Of a stretch of 64,000 bases of DNA, positions 1 through 11,094 are shown in pieces. Under the pieces are notes generated by a model. The model did not search any database, was not told where the DNA came from, and was given only the letters and a program-made list of their open reading frames with translations. The first letter of the stretch is position 1, and each line of letters opens with the position of its first letter. This DNA comes from an uncultured candidate division Zixibacteria bacterium (lineage in GTDB: Bacteria > Zixibacteria > MSB-5A5 > UBA10806). Where the stretch lies: NCBI GenBank assembly GCA_963801605.1, contig CAWDFP010000006.1, positions 96,001-160,000 on the forward strand. Direction: 5' to 3'. The position numbers and the translations under genes were made by a program.

Positions 1-1
1 A

Positions 2-241
2 AAAGACCAGTTCCGAATGAAAGCGCGTTCGACCATCACAGGGAAATTCGTTATCATCTATAAACAAGCGGCATTCATCAATTTCAAGAGCTTGCACCGC
101 ATCGAAATTAATCCCTCGCGCTACCAGATTGATTGGGCCCGAGCCGACATCCTCCGTCACGACGGCGATCAACTCGCCATTACACTCAAAGTTTGCGGCT
201 TTCGAGAACCTCGAATGAACCCGGTATCGCCCGGGAACTAA
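2..241 (+). CDS. Hypothetical protein, 3' part (frame open from the window edge)
   Basis: Frame is open from nt 2 to TAA at 239-241 and converges on the DUF35 gene; no motif recognised. Confidence 0.4.
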   Translation, partial: KDQFRMKARSTITGKFVIIYKQAAFINFKSLHRIEINPSRYQIDWARADILRHDGDQLAITLKVCGFREPRMNPVSPGN

Positions 242-267
242 TTTATCTCCGATGCTCAGGACTTCAA

Positions 268-615
268 TCATGCCTTAAAGAATACCATCCCCATATATTC
301 GTTGTACTCATCCCGACGGACAACCTGCACTTTGCCGCGGACTTTCATCCCCATTTGAGGATTTTCGATATCGAGCTGCCCGGTAATACGGTTGCCATCG
401 GAAAGTTCGACGATCCCTAAACCGAGTGTTACAGTTTCAAAATCCGGAGGCAAAGTATAGAGAGTGGTATAAGTAAGAAGCTTCCCCTCTTTAGGAAGCG
501 GCACGATGTCGAATTCGTTGTGGTCGTTCTTATGACAGTTGCAGCAGATAGTTCGATACGGATATTGCACATGGCCGCACTTTTTGCATTTGTAAGCGTA
601 TATGTTCATTTCCAT
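268..615 (-). CDS. DUF35 protein (Zn-ribbon plus OB-fold), thiolase partner
   Basis: CKKC...CCNC Zn ribbon, then EGKLLTYT...GIVEL...GMKV OB-fold; directly downstream of a thiolase-like gene. Confidence 0.9.
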   Translation of the reverse strand: MEMNIYAYKCKKCGHVQYPYRTICCNCHKNDHNEFDIVPLPKEGKLLTYTTLYTLPPDFETVTLGLGIVELSDGNRITGQLDIENPQMGMKVRGKVQVVRRDEYNEYMGMVFFKA

Positions 616-618
616 AAA

Positions 619-1794
619 CTAATTCTCCCTGACAAATGTGAGACAAACCACATTGTTGCCGAAACCGCCGAAATTGCAGGTAAATCCTACTCTGGCATTT
701 TTAACCTGACGCTTGTCGGCCTCACCGCGAAGCTGCTGTACAATTTCATGCGCCTGCCCCACTCCGGTCGCTCCGACCGGATGACCCTTGGCTTTGAGGC
801 CGCCGGAAGTGTTAATCGGAAGCTTACCGCCAAGTTTAGTTACTCCTTTTTCCAGCGCGATATGGCCTTGACCTTTGGGGAAAAATCCTACCTCTTCGCT
901 TTCGGCGATTTCGAGGATCGTAAAGGCATCATGCAACTCGGCAACATTGACATCCTGAGGCGTTAGTTTCGCCATGGCGAATGATTGCCGGGCGGCTTCC
1001 CGGACCGCTAATAGCTCAGTTGGATCTTTACGATCATGCACAGAATGCGTATCGGTGGCCTGGCCTACTCCTGCCAAACGAACCAAAGGTTTGCCAGTCT
1101 TTTTGGCAACATCGGCGCTTGTTAAGATCAGGCAGGCGGCGCCATCAGACACCGGGCAACAATCGAAAAATCTGAGCGGATCGGCAACATAAGGATTGTT
1201 GGTGGAAGCCTCTGGCGAGTCGAGTATGCCCTCGATAGTAATCGGTTCGTGCAAATGCGCAAACGGATTTAGCATGGCGTTGGTATGATTTTTAACGGCC
1301 ACCATCGCCAGATGCCTGGATGTAACTCCATATTTATTCATATACAGCCGAGCGAACATTCCTGCGAGCGATGGCAGCGTTACGCCATAAATATATTCCG
1401 CTAATGGATGAGTGAGCGTAGCCACAAATTCAGTAGCCTCAAGATTGTTTACCTCGCGCATCTTTTCGGCACCAACCACCATGACGACATCATGCATACC
1501 GGAGGCGACCGCCAGGAATCCCTGCTTGATCGCCGAGGCTCCGGATGCCGGTCCGTTTTCGATTCCATCGGCGCCGGCAGGTGTCAGGCTAAGATTATCG
1601 ATTACGGCGCTGGCCAGCCCGGTTTGATGGTTGAGTCTGGCTGCGCCCATGTTGGCCACATAGAGATGATCGATTTTATCCAAGCCCGAATCTCGAAGAG
1701 CCATTAGAGCCGGATAAGCGGCGATTTCAATTAAAGGATATTCCAGGCGAGTGAAGCTTGTTATGCCAATCCCAGCTACATAAACCTCTCGCAT
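619..1794 (-). CDS. Thiolase-like protein (archaeal/SCP-x type) lacking the N-terminal catalytic Cys
   Basis: MREVYVAGIG start with GGAGG RBS; DCCPVSDGA, ELHDAFT and [14 protein letters not shown] motifs; ENGPASG where ExACASG is expected. Confidence 0.88.
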   Translation of the reverse strand: MREVYVAGIGITSFTRLEYPLIEIAAYPALMALRDSGLDKIDHLYVANMGAARLNHQTGLASAVIDNLSLTPAGADGIENGPASGASAIKQGFLAVASGMHDVVMVVGAEKMREVNNLEATEFVATLTHPLAEYIYGVTLPSLAGMFARLYMNKYGVTSRHLAMVAVKNHTNAMLNPFAHLHEPITIEGILDSPEASTNNPYVADPLRFFDCCPVSDGAACLILTSADVAKKTGKPLVRLAGVGQATDTHSVHDRKDPTELLAVREAARQSFAMAKLTPQDVNVAELHDAFTILEIAESEEVGFFPKGQGHIALEKGVTKLGGKLPINTSGGLKAKGHPVGATGVGQAHEIVQQLRGEADKRQVKNARVGFTCNFGGFGNNVVCLTFVREN

Positions 1795-1795
1795 T

Positions 1796-2542
1796 TTAAT
1801 TCCCTCCCAACCTGCGGCGCTGTTCAATCAGAGCGGTGGCAGTAGAATCGTATAGCGAACGGGTAGCAGCCAAAAGATCGATGGGGGGCGTGGGCGGATC
1901 GCTTGGAGGCATTATCGCCTCTTTAGCTTTGATCAGAAGATGTCCCGGTACGGGACGGCGTCCCACCACCAGGCTAGTGCGGGCTTTTTCGAAAATCTCC
2001 TTTGTAAGAGACCAGGACGGCACGCCGCCAAGTTCGTGGGGGATATCAAATCGTTTTTCCAGCTTATATTCAATCATCCAGCGACGGAACCCGATTGGTG
2101 ATTCGGCCACAATCAGCACTTCCTTTTGCCCCAGGATATCCAGATGATACTCCATCTTGGCGGCGAAGGCATGCGCCCCAATCCGGAGCCCTCGTCTGAG
2201 AGCCAGCGTATGATACGACATGCCAATATCGGCGCTCACTCTTCTGCCGTTAACGATGGCGGCCAGTTCACCGTCGATCTGGGCGGCAAGGACGTACTCA
2301 TCCTGAACCCGGTAGGTATAGTAACCCAGCAGTTCGGCGTAAACCCGAGCGGCAACAATATGGTAATAATCGCGCTCGACATGCATCAGCTTTTCGACAT
2401 GCGGCAGGATATCGGGAATCTCATCGCGGCTTACCTGCCTGATAATCATCTCCTCGCCGCCCGCAAGAGTCATAAGTTTGGGCGGAAACTCGGGCATCGG
2501 CGTATCCACAGGGCGAAGAATCTTCTCCAGGTCAACGGCCAT
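1796..2542 (-). CDS. Putative GNAT-fold acyltransferase
   Basis: AGGAGG RBS; IIRQVSRDEIPDIL first strand/helix, YVLAAQIDGELAAIV hairpin, RRGLRIG motif-A-like loop; first gene of the thiolase-DUF35 operon. Confidence 0.6.
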   Translation of the reverse strand: MAVDLEKILRPVDTPMPEFPPKLMTLAGGEEMIIRQVSRDEIPDILPHVEKLMHVERDYYHIVAARVYAELLGYYTYRVQDEYVLAAQIDGELAAIVNGRRVSADIGMSYHTLALRRGLRIGAHAFAAKMEYHLDILGQKEVLIVAESPIGFRRWMIEYKLEKRFDIPHELGGVPSWSLTKEIFEKARTSLVVGRRPVPGHLLIKAKEAIMPPSDPPTPPIDLLAATRSLYDSTATALIEQRRRLGGN

Positions 2543-2722
2543 TTTACCTCCTAAAACAATTATTAACTTTAACGATAATTTCTAAAGAACAGCGTTAATA
2601 AATACTCCCGACCGTTTCCGAATATTAAACAGTCACGATGTTACAATATATATTATTGGACCGATTATTTTCAATCGATATTGTAGCCCGTCTGATAAGA
2701 TGGCCGACAGGGTTAAAAAAGG

Positions 2723-3190
2723 CTAAAGCTCTTCCAGGACCGTAAGGACATAGTCAGTTTGCGGGGGCTTTTGTCCCTGCTCCCGGATAAGGCGATTGAT
2801 TTGCGCCCGATGGCCAATGGAGTGGTAGTTTATCTGAAGAATTATATCGCGGAGTTTGATCCTCATGCTTTTGCTATCGGATGGCCTCTTAAATACGATA
2901 TAATTTTCAAGGATGGCCTCATCGCTTTCATTCAAAAACCTGAGCCACTTGGTGACGCTTGAGTCCCATCGAGTTTCAAGCTCTTCCATGGGGATTGTTG
3001 GGCCCGTCCAGGAGTGAGCACCATCGTCAGCCTCTTTGGTAACCCGATTTAGCCATCTGTCTTGCGCTGCTATTAGATGGCCAAGAAGTCTCACTACCTC
3101 GTCTTTTTCAGGCAGCGTCACAATCGATTTAAGCAATTGGCGAAAGGCCCAATCGTTGTAGCGGAAAAAATCTAGAAAATATTGTTTCAT
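2723..3190 (-). CDS. DinB family protein
   Basis: YNDWA N-terminus, HLIAAQDRW, and NYHSIGHRAQI His motif with C-terminal PPQTDY. Confidence 0.88.
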   Translation of the reverse strand: MKQYFLDFFRYNDWAFRQLLKSIVTLPEKDEVVRLLGHLIAAQDRWLNRVTKEADDGAHSWTGPTIPMEELETRWDSSVTKWLRFLNESDEAILENYIVFKRPSDSKSMRIKLRDIILQINYHSIGHRAQINRLIREQGQKPPQTDYVLTVLEEL

Positions 3191-3342
3191 ATTATAAGTA
3201 TAGCATTATTAACGGTGAAATTGGTAGAAAATTTTTAGTTTTAATTGTCGGGTTTCTCATTCGCAGGGCTCACTCGGAACCCGACCTAGGCTTTCAGGCT
3301 TTGGTGTCATAATAAATTATGACACCCGAGGTTAAGCGCTAT

Positions 3343-5337
3343 CTACTTCAATAAAAGCATTTTTATGGAGGAGGCGTTATCGCCTGAAAGCCTGGCGAAA
3401 TAGATGCCGGCAGAAACGGGAATGCCTTTTAAGTCGGTGCCGTCCCAAACGGGATTATTACCGTTGGCATGAAGCTTTTTAACAAGTCTGCCGGTAGTAT
3501 CATAAATAAGAATGATACTGTTTTGATGCAGTTGGCCATCGAGTTGAATTATGGTTGAGCTATTAAATGGGTTGGGGTAGTTGGCTTTTATCGATAGAAC
3601 CTGAGGTAAAACGGGAGAATCAACCGCTCCGGTAGTTTGATCACCTAAGACGACAATGATATGTCTGTGCGCAGACCAGCCATCGGCGGCAAGTTCGATA
3701 TTAAATATTACGGTATCGCCGGAATTCAGTTCATTCGAAAAATGAACGGTCCATCCCATAACGGCGGAGGTATCGTCATGAGCCAGAGGACCGAAGGCGA
3801 TATCGCCGGAGAGAATCTGAACATTGGGATTTGTAGATGTCAGGTGGGCTGAGGCGTTTGCCGCGGCTGCACCGAGATTATTAATCACGATATTAAAATC
3901 AAGTGTAGCACCGGGAAATATAATGGGATCGGAAGAGTTCTCGGAAACTATCGTTATAAACGGATTGTCGGGAGTCGGCATATAATCGATTGCTCTTAAA
4001 ATATTGATCAGACCCCAGCCGTAATTATTATCCTCGCCGGGCGTTCCCAGATCGAGAGCAGAATTCATCAGCGCTTGCTTGATCTCTGATGGAGTGGCCT
4101 CTGGATTGTATTGCCTCAGTATGGCAACAGCTCCAGCGACATGAGGGGCGGCCATCGAGGTACCCGACATAACAGCATAGCCGCCGGTTCGGCTGGTGGA
4201 ACGGATCCCGACTCCGGGTGCAGTAACCTCGGGCTTGATGCTGACATTATCGCAGGCCGATGGGCCGCGGCTGGAGAAATCAGCGACCTGAAAATCGGGA
4301 GTGCCGGCATTAATAGCGCCAACCGAAAAGGAATTAAAATTGGTCGTAACGCGATCTGCCGGGATACGGATTGTGCTGGGGTTGGAACCCTCATTTCCAG
4401 CGGCGAAAATGCAAACCACTCCGGCGGCTTCGAGATTATCTATGGCCTCCCAGAAAGTGGCCTCACAGGCGGGATAATATCCCAACGGAATTCCCCAGGA
4501 GTTGTTGACAACGTCGGGGACATCATCAGTAGTAGCGGGGTCACCATCGGGATCGGCCGCCCACTGGAATGCGGCCAGGATGTCGGAGATAGTCCTTTGA
4601 ATGCCGGCTCCCCTATCAACCACTGCGGCTGCGATCCACTGCGCGCCAGGAGCGACGCCGACCGTGTCATTTCCCTCGGAGCCGACCATGGTCCCCATAG
4701 TGTGAGTGCCATGGCCGTTGTTATCGAAAGGAGTCTGGGTGTTCGTATAAGAGTCGAACCAACAGGCATCAGGCGTACCGCCGTTGTTGCCTCGGTATTT
4801 AGATGCTAACGCTCCATGAGCGCCATATACGCCAGTATCGAAATTGCAAACCAGGCTACCGGAACCATCAAGACCGATTCTCCAGGCATCAGGAGCTTTG
4901 ATCGCAAAGAGACTGCTGTCGGGACCGTTGCTCAGGATGGTTGTTTCATGCTGCTCAACTGGAGCAATCAATTCGATGGGGTAATCTTCGGATATTGATT
5001 GGACATCGGGACGGGCAGCCAGTGCCTCGAGAGCGGCGGAATCGCCGGTGACCTTAACGATATTGGCAATCCAAAAACGCTCGTAGCTTACAATTTTTCC
5101 GGATTCGACTGCATTGAGAGCGCCGACGAAATCGCTTTGAGATACGGTTGAAGTCGTTCTCAGATTTTCAACTATGGACTTATGACCAAGCTTTTTATTT
5201 CCCGCAAAATTGGCAGCGATTGATGGAGGGGTGTCATTTATAATTTGGAAAAGAATGGTCCTTTCGGAAGCCAGACACAGACTGGGGAAGATCGATAAGA
5301 TTGATATAATTGAAAGCAGATTTCGGTATTTTCTCAA
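3343..5337 (-). CDS. Secreted S8 subtilisin-like peptidase (bacillopeptidase F-like) with propeptide and C-terminal sorting/FlgD-like domain
   Basis: Signal peptide; catalytic motifs DTG, HGTHTMGT, AAGN, GTSMAAPH; NYPNPFN...WDG...GIYF...KMLLLK tail; TTG start with AGGAGG RBS. Confidence 0.93.
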   Translation of the reverse strand: MRKYRNLLSIISILSIFPSLCLASERTILFQIINDTPPSIAANFAGNKKLGHKSIVENLRTTSTVSQSDFVGALNAVESGKIVSYERFWIANIVKVTGDSAALEALAARPDVQSISEDYPIELIAPVEQHETTILSNGPDSSLFAIKAPDAWRIGLDGSGSLVCNFDTGVYGAHGALASKYRGNNGGTPDACWFDSYTNTQTPFDNNGHGTHTMGTMVGSEGNDTVGVAPGAQWIAAAVVDRGAGIQRTISDILAAFQWAADPDGDPATTDDVPDVVNNSWGIPLGYYPACEATFWEAIDNLEAAGVVCIFAAGNEGSNPSTIRIPADRVTTNFNSFSVGAINAGTPDFQVADFSSRGPSACDNVSIKPEVTAPGVGIRSTSRTGGYAVMSGTSMAAPHVAGAVAILRQYNPEATPSEIKQALMNSALDLGTPGEDNNYGWGLINILRAIDYMPTPDNPFITIVSENSSDPIIFPGATLDFNIVINNLGAAAANASAHLTSTNPNVQILSGDIAFGPLAHDDTSAVMGWTVHFSNELNSGDTVIFNIELAADGWSAHRHIIVVLGDQTTGAVDSPVLPQVLSIKANYPNPFNSSTIIQLDGQLHQNSIILIYDTTGRLVKKLHANGNNPVWDGTDLKGIPVSAGIYFARLSGDNASSIKMLLLK

Positions 5338-5535
5338 AGTCCCTCCTTGTTGGCTAAGAATAGGTCAAATGCCATGCCACGAGATGCATATAGTTGGGAC
5401 TGACGATGCCTACATAACTTATTCAATATTAATATGTTAAGGCGCGGTTTCAGGCTTTATCAAAAACAACCAGATACCATATTAAGCGTTATGTGCAGGA
5501 TAATGCAGATATACTGTAAATGAGGGGCTTGAATT

Positions 5536-5571
5536 AAAAAAAGCCTCCAGGCCGTTGAAAGCCTGGAGGCT
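5536..5571 (-). terminator. Rho-independent terminator
   Basis: GCCTCCAGGC/GCCTGGAGGC 10-bp stem plus T7 on the minus strand, after the 5596 stop. Confidence 0.85.
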
Positions 5572-5595
5572 AAGGATTTTGAGTAATCCTAAATC

Positions 5596-7449
5596 TTACT
5601 TAAGCAGAAGCATCTTCTTGGTTTCGACCGAATTGCCGACGCTTAAGCGATAGAAATAGACACCTGAGGCCTTGTCGGAGGCGTTCCAGGTGATGACGTT
5701 GCTACCGGCAGGATAGTTACCGGAGATCTTTTCGACCAACTGCCCGGTGATTGAGTAGATGCTGATGTTAACATCGGATGGTTTTGTCAGCGAGAAGCGG
5801 ATATTAGTTTGGGCGTTGAACGGATTAGGATAATTCTGTGAAAGGCTGAAGGCTTTTGGTGTAGCGCCTTCGTCAACCGACTGAACACCCTGAATAGCAT
5901 TGAGCCTAAACATGATGTTGGAAACTGAGCGGTTACGATCGGGAGCCATACCGCCAGTATATTCCCAGCCTCTATTGGATAGCGGAACTGTGTTATCCAT
6001 ACCAAACGCAACTGTATTTTGGAGGGCATGGAGAGCCACAAAATAGAATCTCTCGTCGGCCTGGAAGTTGAGATGCGCATAGGTGAAATCGACGTTGACC
6101 CAACCCGTATCGGATACCTGGACGGTATCACCAGCCAGTGGGGTAGCCAGATTCGGGTGACCGGTACCATCATCGCCGAATATCCAGGCCCAAACAGCTC
6201 CGGGAGCGGTTACGCTATAAACAAAGAATCGTCCGGTAGTAATGCCGACCGCTTCTGGAAGCTGGAATTCCTGACCAAACCCGGAGGAATCGCCTGTCCA
6301 GCTACGGCCATCATCAACTAATCCATCATCATATTTCAATTCCTGAGGGAATCTGTAGGAAACGATCTGAGATGTAATGCTGTTGTTGCCGGGAACAGCG
6401 TCGCGAAGCATAGTGCTGGACCAGGTTGCTTTGAAAATGGTGCGATTTGAATCGCAGGTGAATGAACCCGGGAAATCAATCCACTGCTGGAGGCCGGGAT
6501 CCAAAAATTCGATGGTATCGGCCTGATTGTAAAGCGATGTCGAACCGCGTCTGATCTGAGCACGTCCAACGATATTGGTATCCGGTCGATTTCCAAAATT
6601 CTTGAAGAGAGCACGGGGAGTGATCGAGCTGGAAGTTGGAATAAAGATTGCCTGGGAACCTTCGTTAAATGCCTGAACAACGCCGGCATCCTTAACCGCA
6701 TAGTTGGGGTTCGGGATGGGATGGAAGCGGATAGCGAGGCCATCATGCCACATATGGTTAGCTGGCAGGTTGCGGCGCAGGTACTGCAGGCCTACTGTTC
6801 CAGTTACATTCTCAATTCCGATGACAGTCATGGTGCTGTCTGAGGAATCAAGGAAACGGCCATGATTTGCCCCGTACTGATATGTGATGGATGAGTCGGC
6901 CGCATTGAGGATTAACTGGAAGGTATGAGTTGAATCGATGAAGCCATATTCACCGACGTTAATCCAGGAGACGACAAACGAATCGGCATGAGAATAATAG
7001 TAGCAGGATGCGTTACCGCGGGAAAAATCAAGGTCGCCGGTAAGGCAGGACATGTAATTGTTCGGCGGAGCAGCAGCCGGGATATCAGCAAAAGGATGGG
7101 CAAAGTTGTAATTATTGTCAAATTCGATATAGCCGTTGGAGCCGACCCAGCAACGGTTAACTGTATACCAATAGTAAGGGAAGTTGAAACCGATCGGTAT
7201 CGGGCCGATGTTGTTATCGTCCGTTAATCCGAGGACACGAGTTCCAATGGTTGAGATATCAACCCAGTTGTAAGGAACGGGACCACCGTTATCGTTGTCA
7301 ACCCAGTTATAACCGTAAGCATCACGGGTGGTGCTGCTATCGAACGGAATCGGGGGCTCAAAGTTCGCAGGATTGAAACCGTTATTGGCAGCAAAGGCCA
7401 ACTGGGCACTCAACAACAACAAAACCAACATCAATAGTAATCTTTTCAT
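5596..7449 (-). CDS. Secreted protein with C-terminal Por-secretion/FlgD-like domain
   Basis: Signal peptide; DAYGYNWVD...IGFNFPYY N-terminal beta domain; [10 protein letters not shown]...SGVYFYRL...KKMLLLK tail. Confidence 0.85.
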   Translation of the reverse strand: MKRLLLMLVLLLLSAQLAFAANNGFNPANFEPPIPFDSSTTRDAYGYNWVDNDNGGPVPYNWVDISTIGTRVLGLTDDNNIGPIPIGFNFPYYWYTVNRCWVGSNGYIEFDNNYNFAHPFADIPAAAPPNNYMSCLTGDLDFSRGNASCYYYSHADSFVVSWINVGEYGFIDSTHTFQLILNAADSSITYQYGANHGRFLDSSDSTMTVIGIENVTGTVGLQYLRRNLPANHMWHDGLAIRFHPIPNPNYAVKDAGVVQAFNEGSQAIFIPTSSSITPRALFKNFGNRPDTNIVGRAQIRRGSTSLYNQADTIEFLDPGLQQWIDFPGSFTCDSNRTIFKATWSSTMLRDAVPGNNSITSQIVSYRFPQELKYDDGLVDDGRSWTGDSSGFGQEFQLPEAVGITTGRFFVYSVTAPGAVWAWIFGDDGTGHPNLATPLAGDTVQVSDTGWVNVDFTYAHLNFQADERFYFVALHALQNTVAFGMDNTVPLSNRGWEYTGGMAPDRNRSVSNIMFRLNAIQGVQSVDEGATPKAFSLSQNYPNPFNAQTNIRFSLTKPSDVNISIYSITGQLVEKISGNYPAGSNVITWNASDKASGVYFYRLSVGNSVETKKMLLLK

Positions 7450-7555
7450 TCATTCCTCCTTAAAGTTTATCGAAAATCTACGATCAGATTAATTCTACTA
7501 AAATTTCACCTCCTTGGCAATGAATCATTTCTTTTCTTTAATAGTGAATTTGAAT

Positions 7556-10500
7556 TTATTTTAATAAAATCATCCTCTTAGTTGAAACGGCTCCGGATGT
7601 TTCCAGCCTATAGAAGTACAGCCCCGATGTTACAGTTTTGCCCAGATCATCAACGCCATTCCAGGTAATTTGATGTATCCCGGCGCCAAGGATTCCGTTT
7701 GCTCAATAACTTGATTCGCCGTCCCAATAGATCGTAAACAGCGAGATTAACATCCTGATCGGAAGGAAGTGAAAAAGAGATAACTGTACTGGCGTTGAAT
7801 GGATTGGGATAGTTCTGGGAAAGCTCGAAGGTGTTCGGTAGATCACCCTTATCGTTAATTCCCGTATCGAAGTGACCATAATAACCGGTGCGAGCCAAAT
7901 CTTTTCCGAAAACCGGCCAGGGGAAAATCTGGTTGGGCAGATCGGTCCTGTAATCTATGACGTCGAGATTATTGCCCGAGGTCTTAACGCCGACGACGAT
8001 TTCGCAATGGTTATCACCATCAAAATCGCTTAGCGCGGCGGCAGCAGAAATCGGTCCGCCAATACTGGCAGCCATCGGAAAGTTGCGTAACATCTGTCCG
8101 TGATGATTGACCGCATAAATGACGCCATCATAAGCACCAAAGACGATATCGGGGAAACCGTCACCGTCAACGTCACCCTCAACAGGTGAGGCGGTGATCA
8201 TAGCTCCAGCCTGAACAGGGAAACCTTCCTGCGGTTGGCCGTTGGCGCGAAAAACGTAAAGACGGGAATCGTTACATCCGACGGCTATTTCGAGATGCCC
8301 GTCATTGTCGATATCGCATAGAGACGGCGATGATGCCAGGGCTCCTCCCGCCATTGCCGGCCATCCGGGCATGGTCGCGCCATTGTAGTCGAGGGCGTAG
8401 AGGCTTCCGGCAGTCGTGCCAACGATCACATTGAGATGGCCATCACCATCGATATCAGCCACACACGGGGTGGTTTTAATTTGCCCGCCAATCCTTCTGG
8501 GAAATCCTGCGACCTCGCTCTTGTCAGCGTTCAAGGCGTGAACTGTTGAATCCATATCGCCGTAGATAACTTCGGGCAGGCCGTCAGCATCGAGATCTGC
8601 CAAAGCCACTGAACCCATAATATTGCCAGTACCCTGGAATGGCCAGGTTTCAAGATCGGCGCCGGTATTGGTTATGACGTAAATCCGCCTGGTGGCAAAC
8701 ATGCCAACCACGATCTCCAGCAGCGAATCGCCATTGATATCTCCAAGGACAGGAGTCGAAAAGGTGAGGGTACCGCAATTGCGCGGGAAATTTGGCAGGG
8801 TGTTACCATCGGGGCCCCAGGCATAAATATTGCCGTCACGGGACATCCCAACGATATCGAGATTGCCGTTATGGCCTAAATCGCCTGCGGCCGCGCCGCC
8901 GGGCGTTTCGCTGGTAACCGCCCTGGGCCATCCAGGTGTGATTGAACCGTTGGCTTCGAAGGAATAATAGTTGGCATTGCTGGCACTTATCAAAATTTCC
9001 CTGGCGCCATCAGCGTCGGTATCAACAATAAGCGGAGGGGAATCAATATTGCCGGGAGTATTAGCGGGGAATCCAGCTTGTTCCAAGGTTACGTCAACAT
9101 TCAAAGTAATAGTGGTATGATAACTGGTGTTGGACGTAAGATAGAGCGTAAAAGTATGGCTGCCCATACTGACATCGGAATTAACTCTGACGTCAAAAGG
9201 ATTGGATGTATTATTACCGGTGCCTGTCGGGCCGGAGATATTGCCAAAATCGGCAATTGAATCGAGGACGGTAAATTGGCCGTCAGAACGAAGCGTACCG
9301 ACTACGTTCGTAGCATTTGACCATATATTGGCCAGATCAACTACCAGCGAAAATCTTTCATTGGGATTGAGCCTGCCATCGCCGTCATCCTCGGTCAAAG
9401 TCAAAGTGCTATCGATCATTTTAAGACGGGGATAAATGTATCGTCCCACGGCGGCGGCGGCATTAACTCTGCCAGCGCCCATCATACCGCGTCGAGTTGG
9501 GTTGAGGTAATCGATTGTATCGGCAGTGGCGGTTAATCTGGTACGAACCTGATCTACCGTAAATGTTGGATTAGCGGCCCGAATAAGGCAGACGACGCCT
9601 GCGGTTATAGGAGATGCCATGGAAGTGCCGTCAAGCGCAGTATAGCTATTATGATCCCAGGTGGAATTGACGCCCTCGCCGGGCGCCGAAACGGTGATCC
9701 AGTTTCCATAGTTGGAAAATGATGCCAATTGGTCGGTGGAGCCAACGGCGGCTACCGCTATAACGTGGGCATAACCGGCCGGGTAAAATCTCGTCGATAC
9801 TCCGTCATTACCGGCGGCTCCGACTATTACCACTCCGGCATTATAAGCAGCCGTAATAATATTCTGTTCATATTGAGAAAAGTAGCTGCTTCCCCAGCTT
9901 AAATTTATGACCGTGGCGCCGTTGTCGGCAGCGTAGGTGATGCCGACAAATCCGTTATAAATATGTTCGGGGTCGTTATCCCTGGCGACTTTAACCGCCA
10001 TAAGCCTCGCGCCCCAGGCAACAGCAGCTCCCCCCTGGCCATTATCGCAAGCCATACTGGCGCATCCGGCCACATGGGTCCCGTGAGTGGGAACCGGCTC
10101 GAATGGAATAGGATCGTTTTGAGCGATATCATATCCGACAACGTCATCAATATAATCGTTACCGTCATCGTCAATGCCATTAATGTCGGTTCTGTGTAAA
10201 TCGTCCGTCGCCGTCGATATCCTCACCGCGATTGATCCACATATTGGGCTCAAGGTCAGGGTGATCGTAATATACACCGGAATCCACGATACCCAGGACC
10301 GGACGGCTGGTGGAATCGCCTCGAATAAAATCCCAAGCCAGGTAAGCCTCAGTGGTTCTCAATTGATACCAGGAGCCGATGAGCGGATCGTTAGGAACAT
10401 AAGTCAAATGCTGCATGCGATAAGGCTCTGAGGTTTCGATATGGGAATCGCCGGCAAAAGCGGTAATTGCCGAACTCAGATTACCGCCGTTACCCACGGT

Positions 10501-10797
10501 GACTACATAAAGACGCTTGACGACGTCGCGCAGGATTTCGTTTTTTATCCGAGCAGGGTAAAATTCTTCGACGGCCGTAATATTTTCTCTCGAAATAATC
10601 TGATCTATAGTGGCATAGCCGGTGGTGGTGTTAATTTGCCTGGCATTGTCAAATGGAGTCAATACGACGCCCTTTTGAACAGAGATAACAAATTGATCGA
10701 CTCGGTAATCGACTCCGGGGACTCCCTCCAATGCCGAAGCACAGGGGGCGAGGATCGCCAGCGTCAACAGAGAAATAAATAGGGAATACAACTTCAT
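7556..10797 (-). CDS. Secreted S8 peptidase with FG-GAP repeats and sorting tail (frameshifts near 10190 and 7700)
   Basis: ORFs 10180-10821 and 7650-10277 join; DSG, HGTHVAG, GTSMASP; many DxDxDGxxEI repeats; a shifted frame restores ITWNG...GLYFYRL...RMILLK ending at 7556; paralog of the next gene. Confidence 0.88.
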
Positions 10798-11031
10798 ACC
10801 GTTTCTCCCTGATAATTCCAATTAATTAAAAACTAAAGACATATAATCTTAGCGCGATCTTTGGTGTAACAAGATCTGGGTCCACATCTCATTTCCCGGC
10901 ATTGATTGCCCGCACACCTAAGATTAAGAAAGTATGAGGTTAATTGTCAAGCAAAATACGACTTTTTACCCCTCTTAAAAAAAGCCAAAAAGACTATGAT
11001 GGGCCAGCTAAAAGACTTTCGTTTTTCGCAC

Positions 11032-11065
11032 AAAAAAAACCGCCCGAGAATTGGGACTCGGGCGG
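11032..11065 (-). terminator. Rho-independent terminator
   Basis: CCGCCCGAG/CTCGGGCGG stem plus T8 on the minus strand. Confidence 0.85.
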
Positions 11066-11094
11066 GAATAAATCTGTTAACCAAGTGTATAATC

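Noticed and set aside
5365..5379. Sigma-54-like TGGCAT-N5-TTGA upstream of the first S8 peptidase
   Set aside because: The -12 box is TTGA rather than TTGC, and the string matches the start of REP family 1 (GCATGGCATTTGA), so it is ambiguous.
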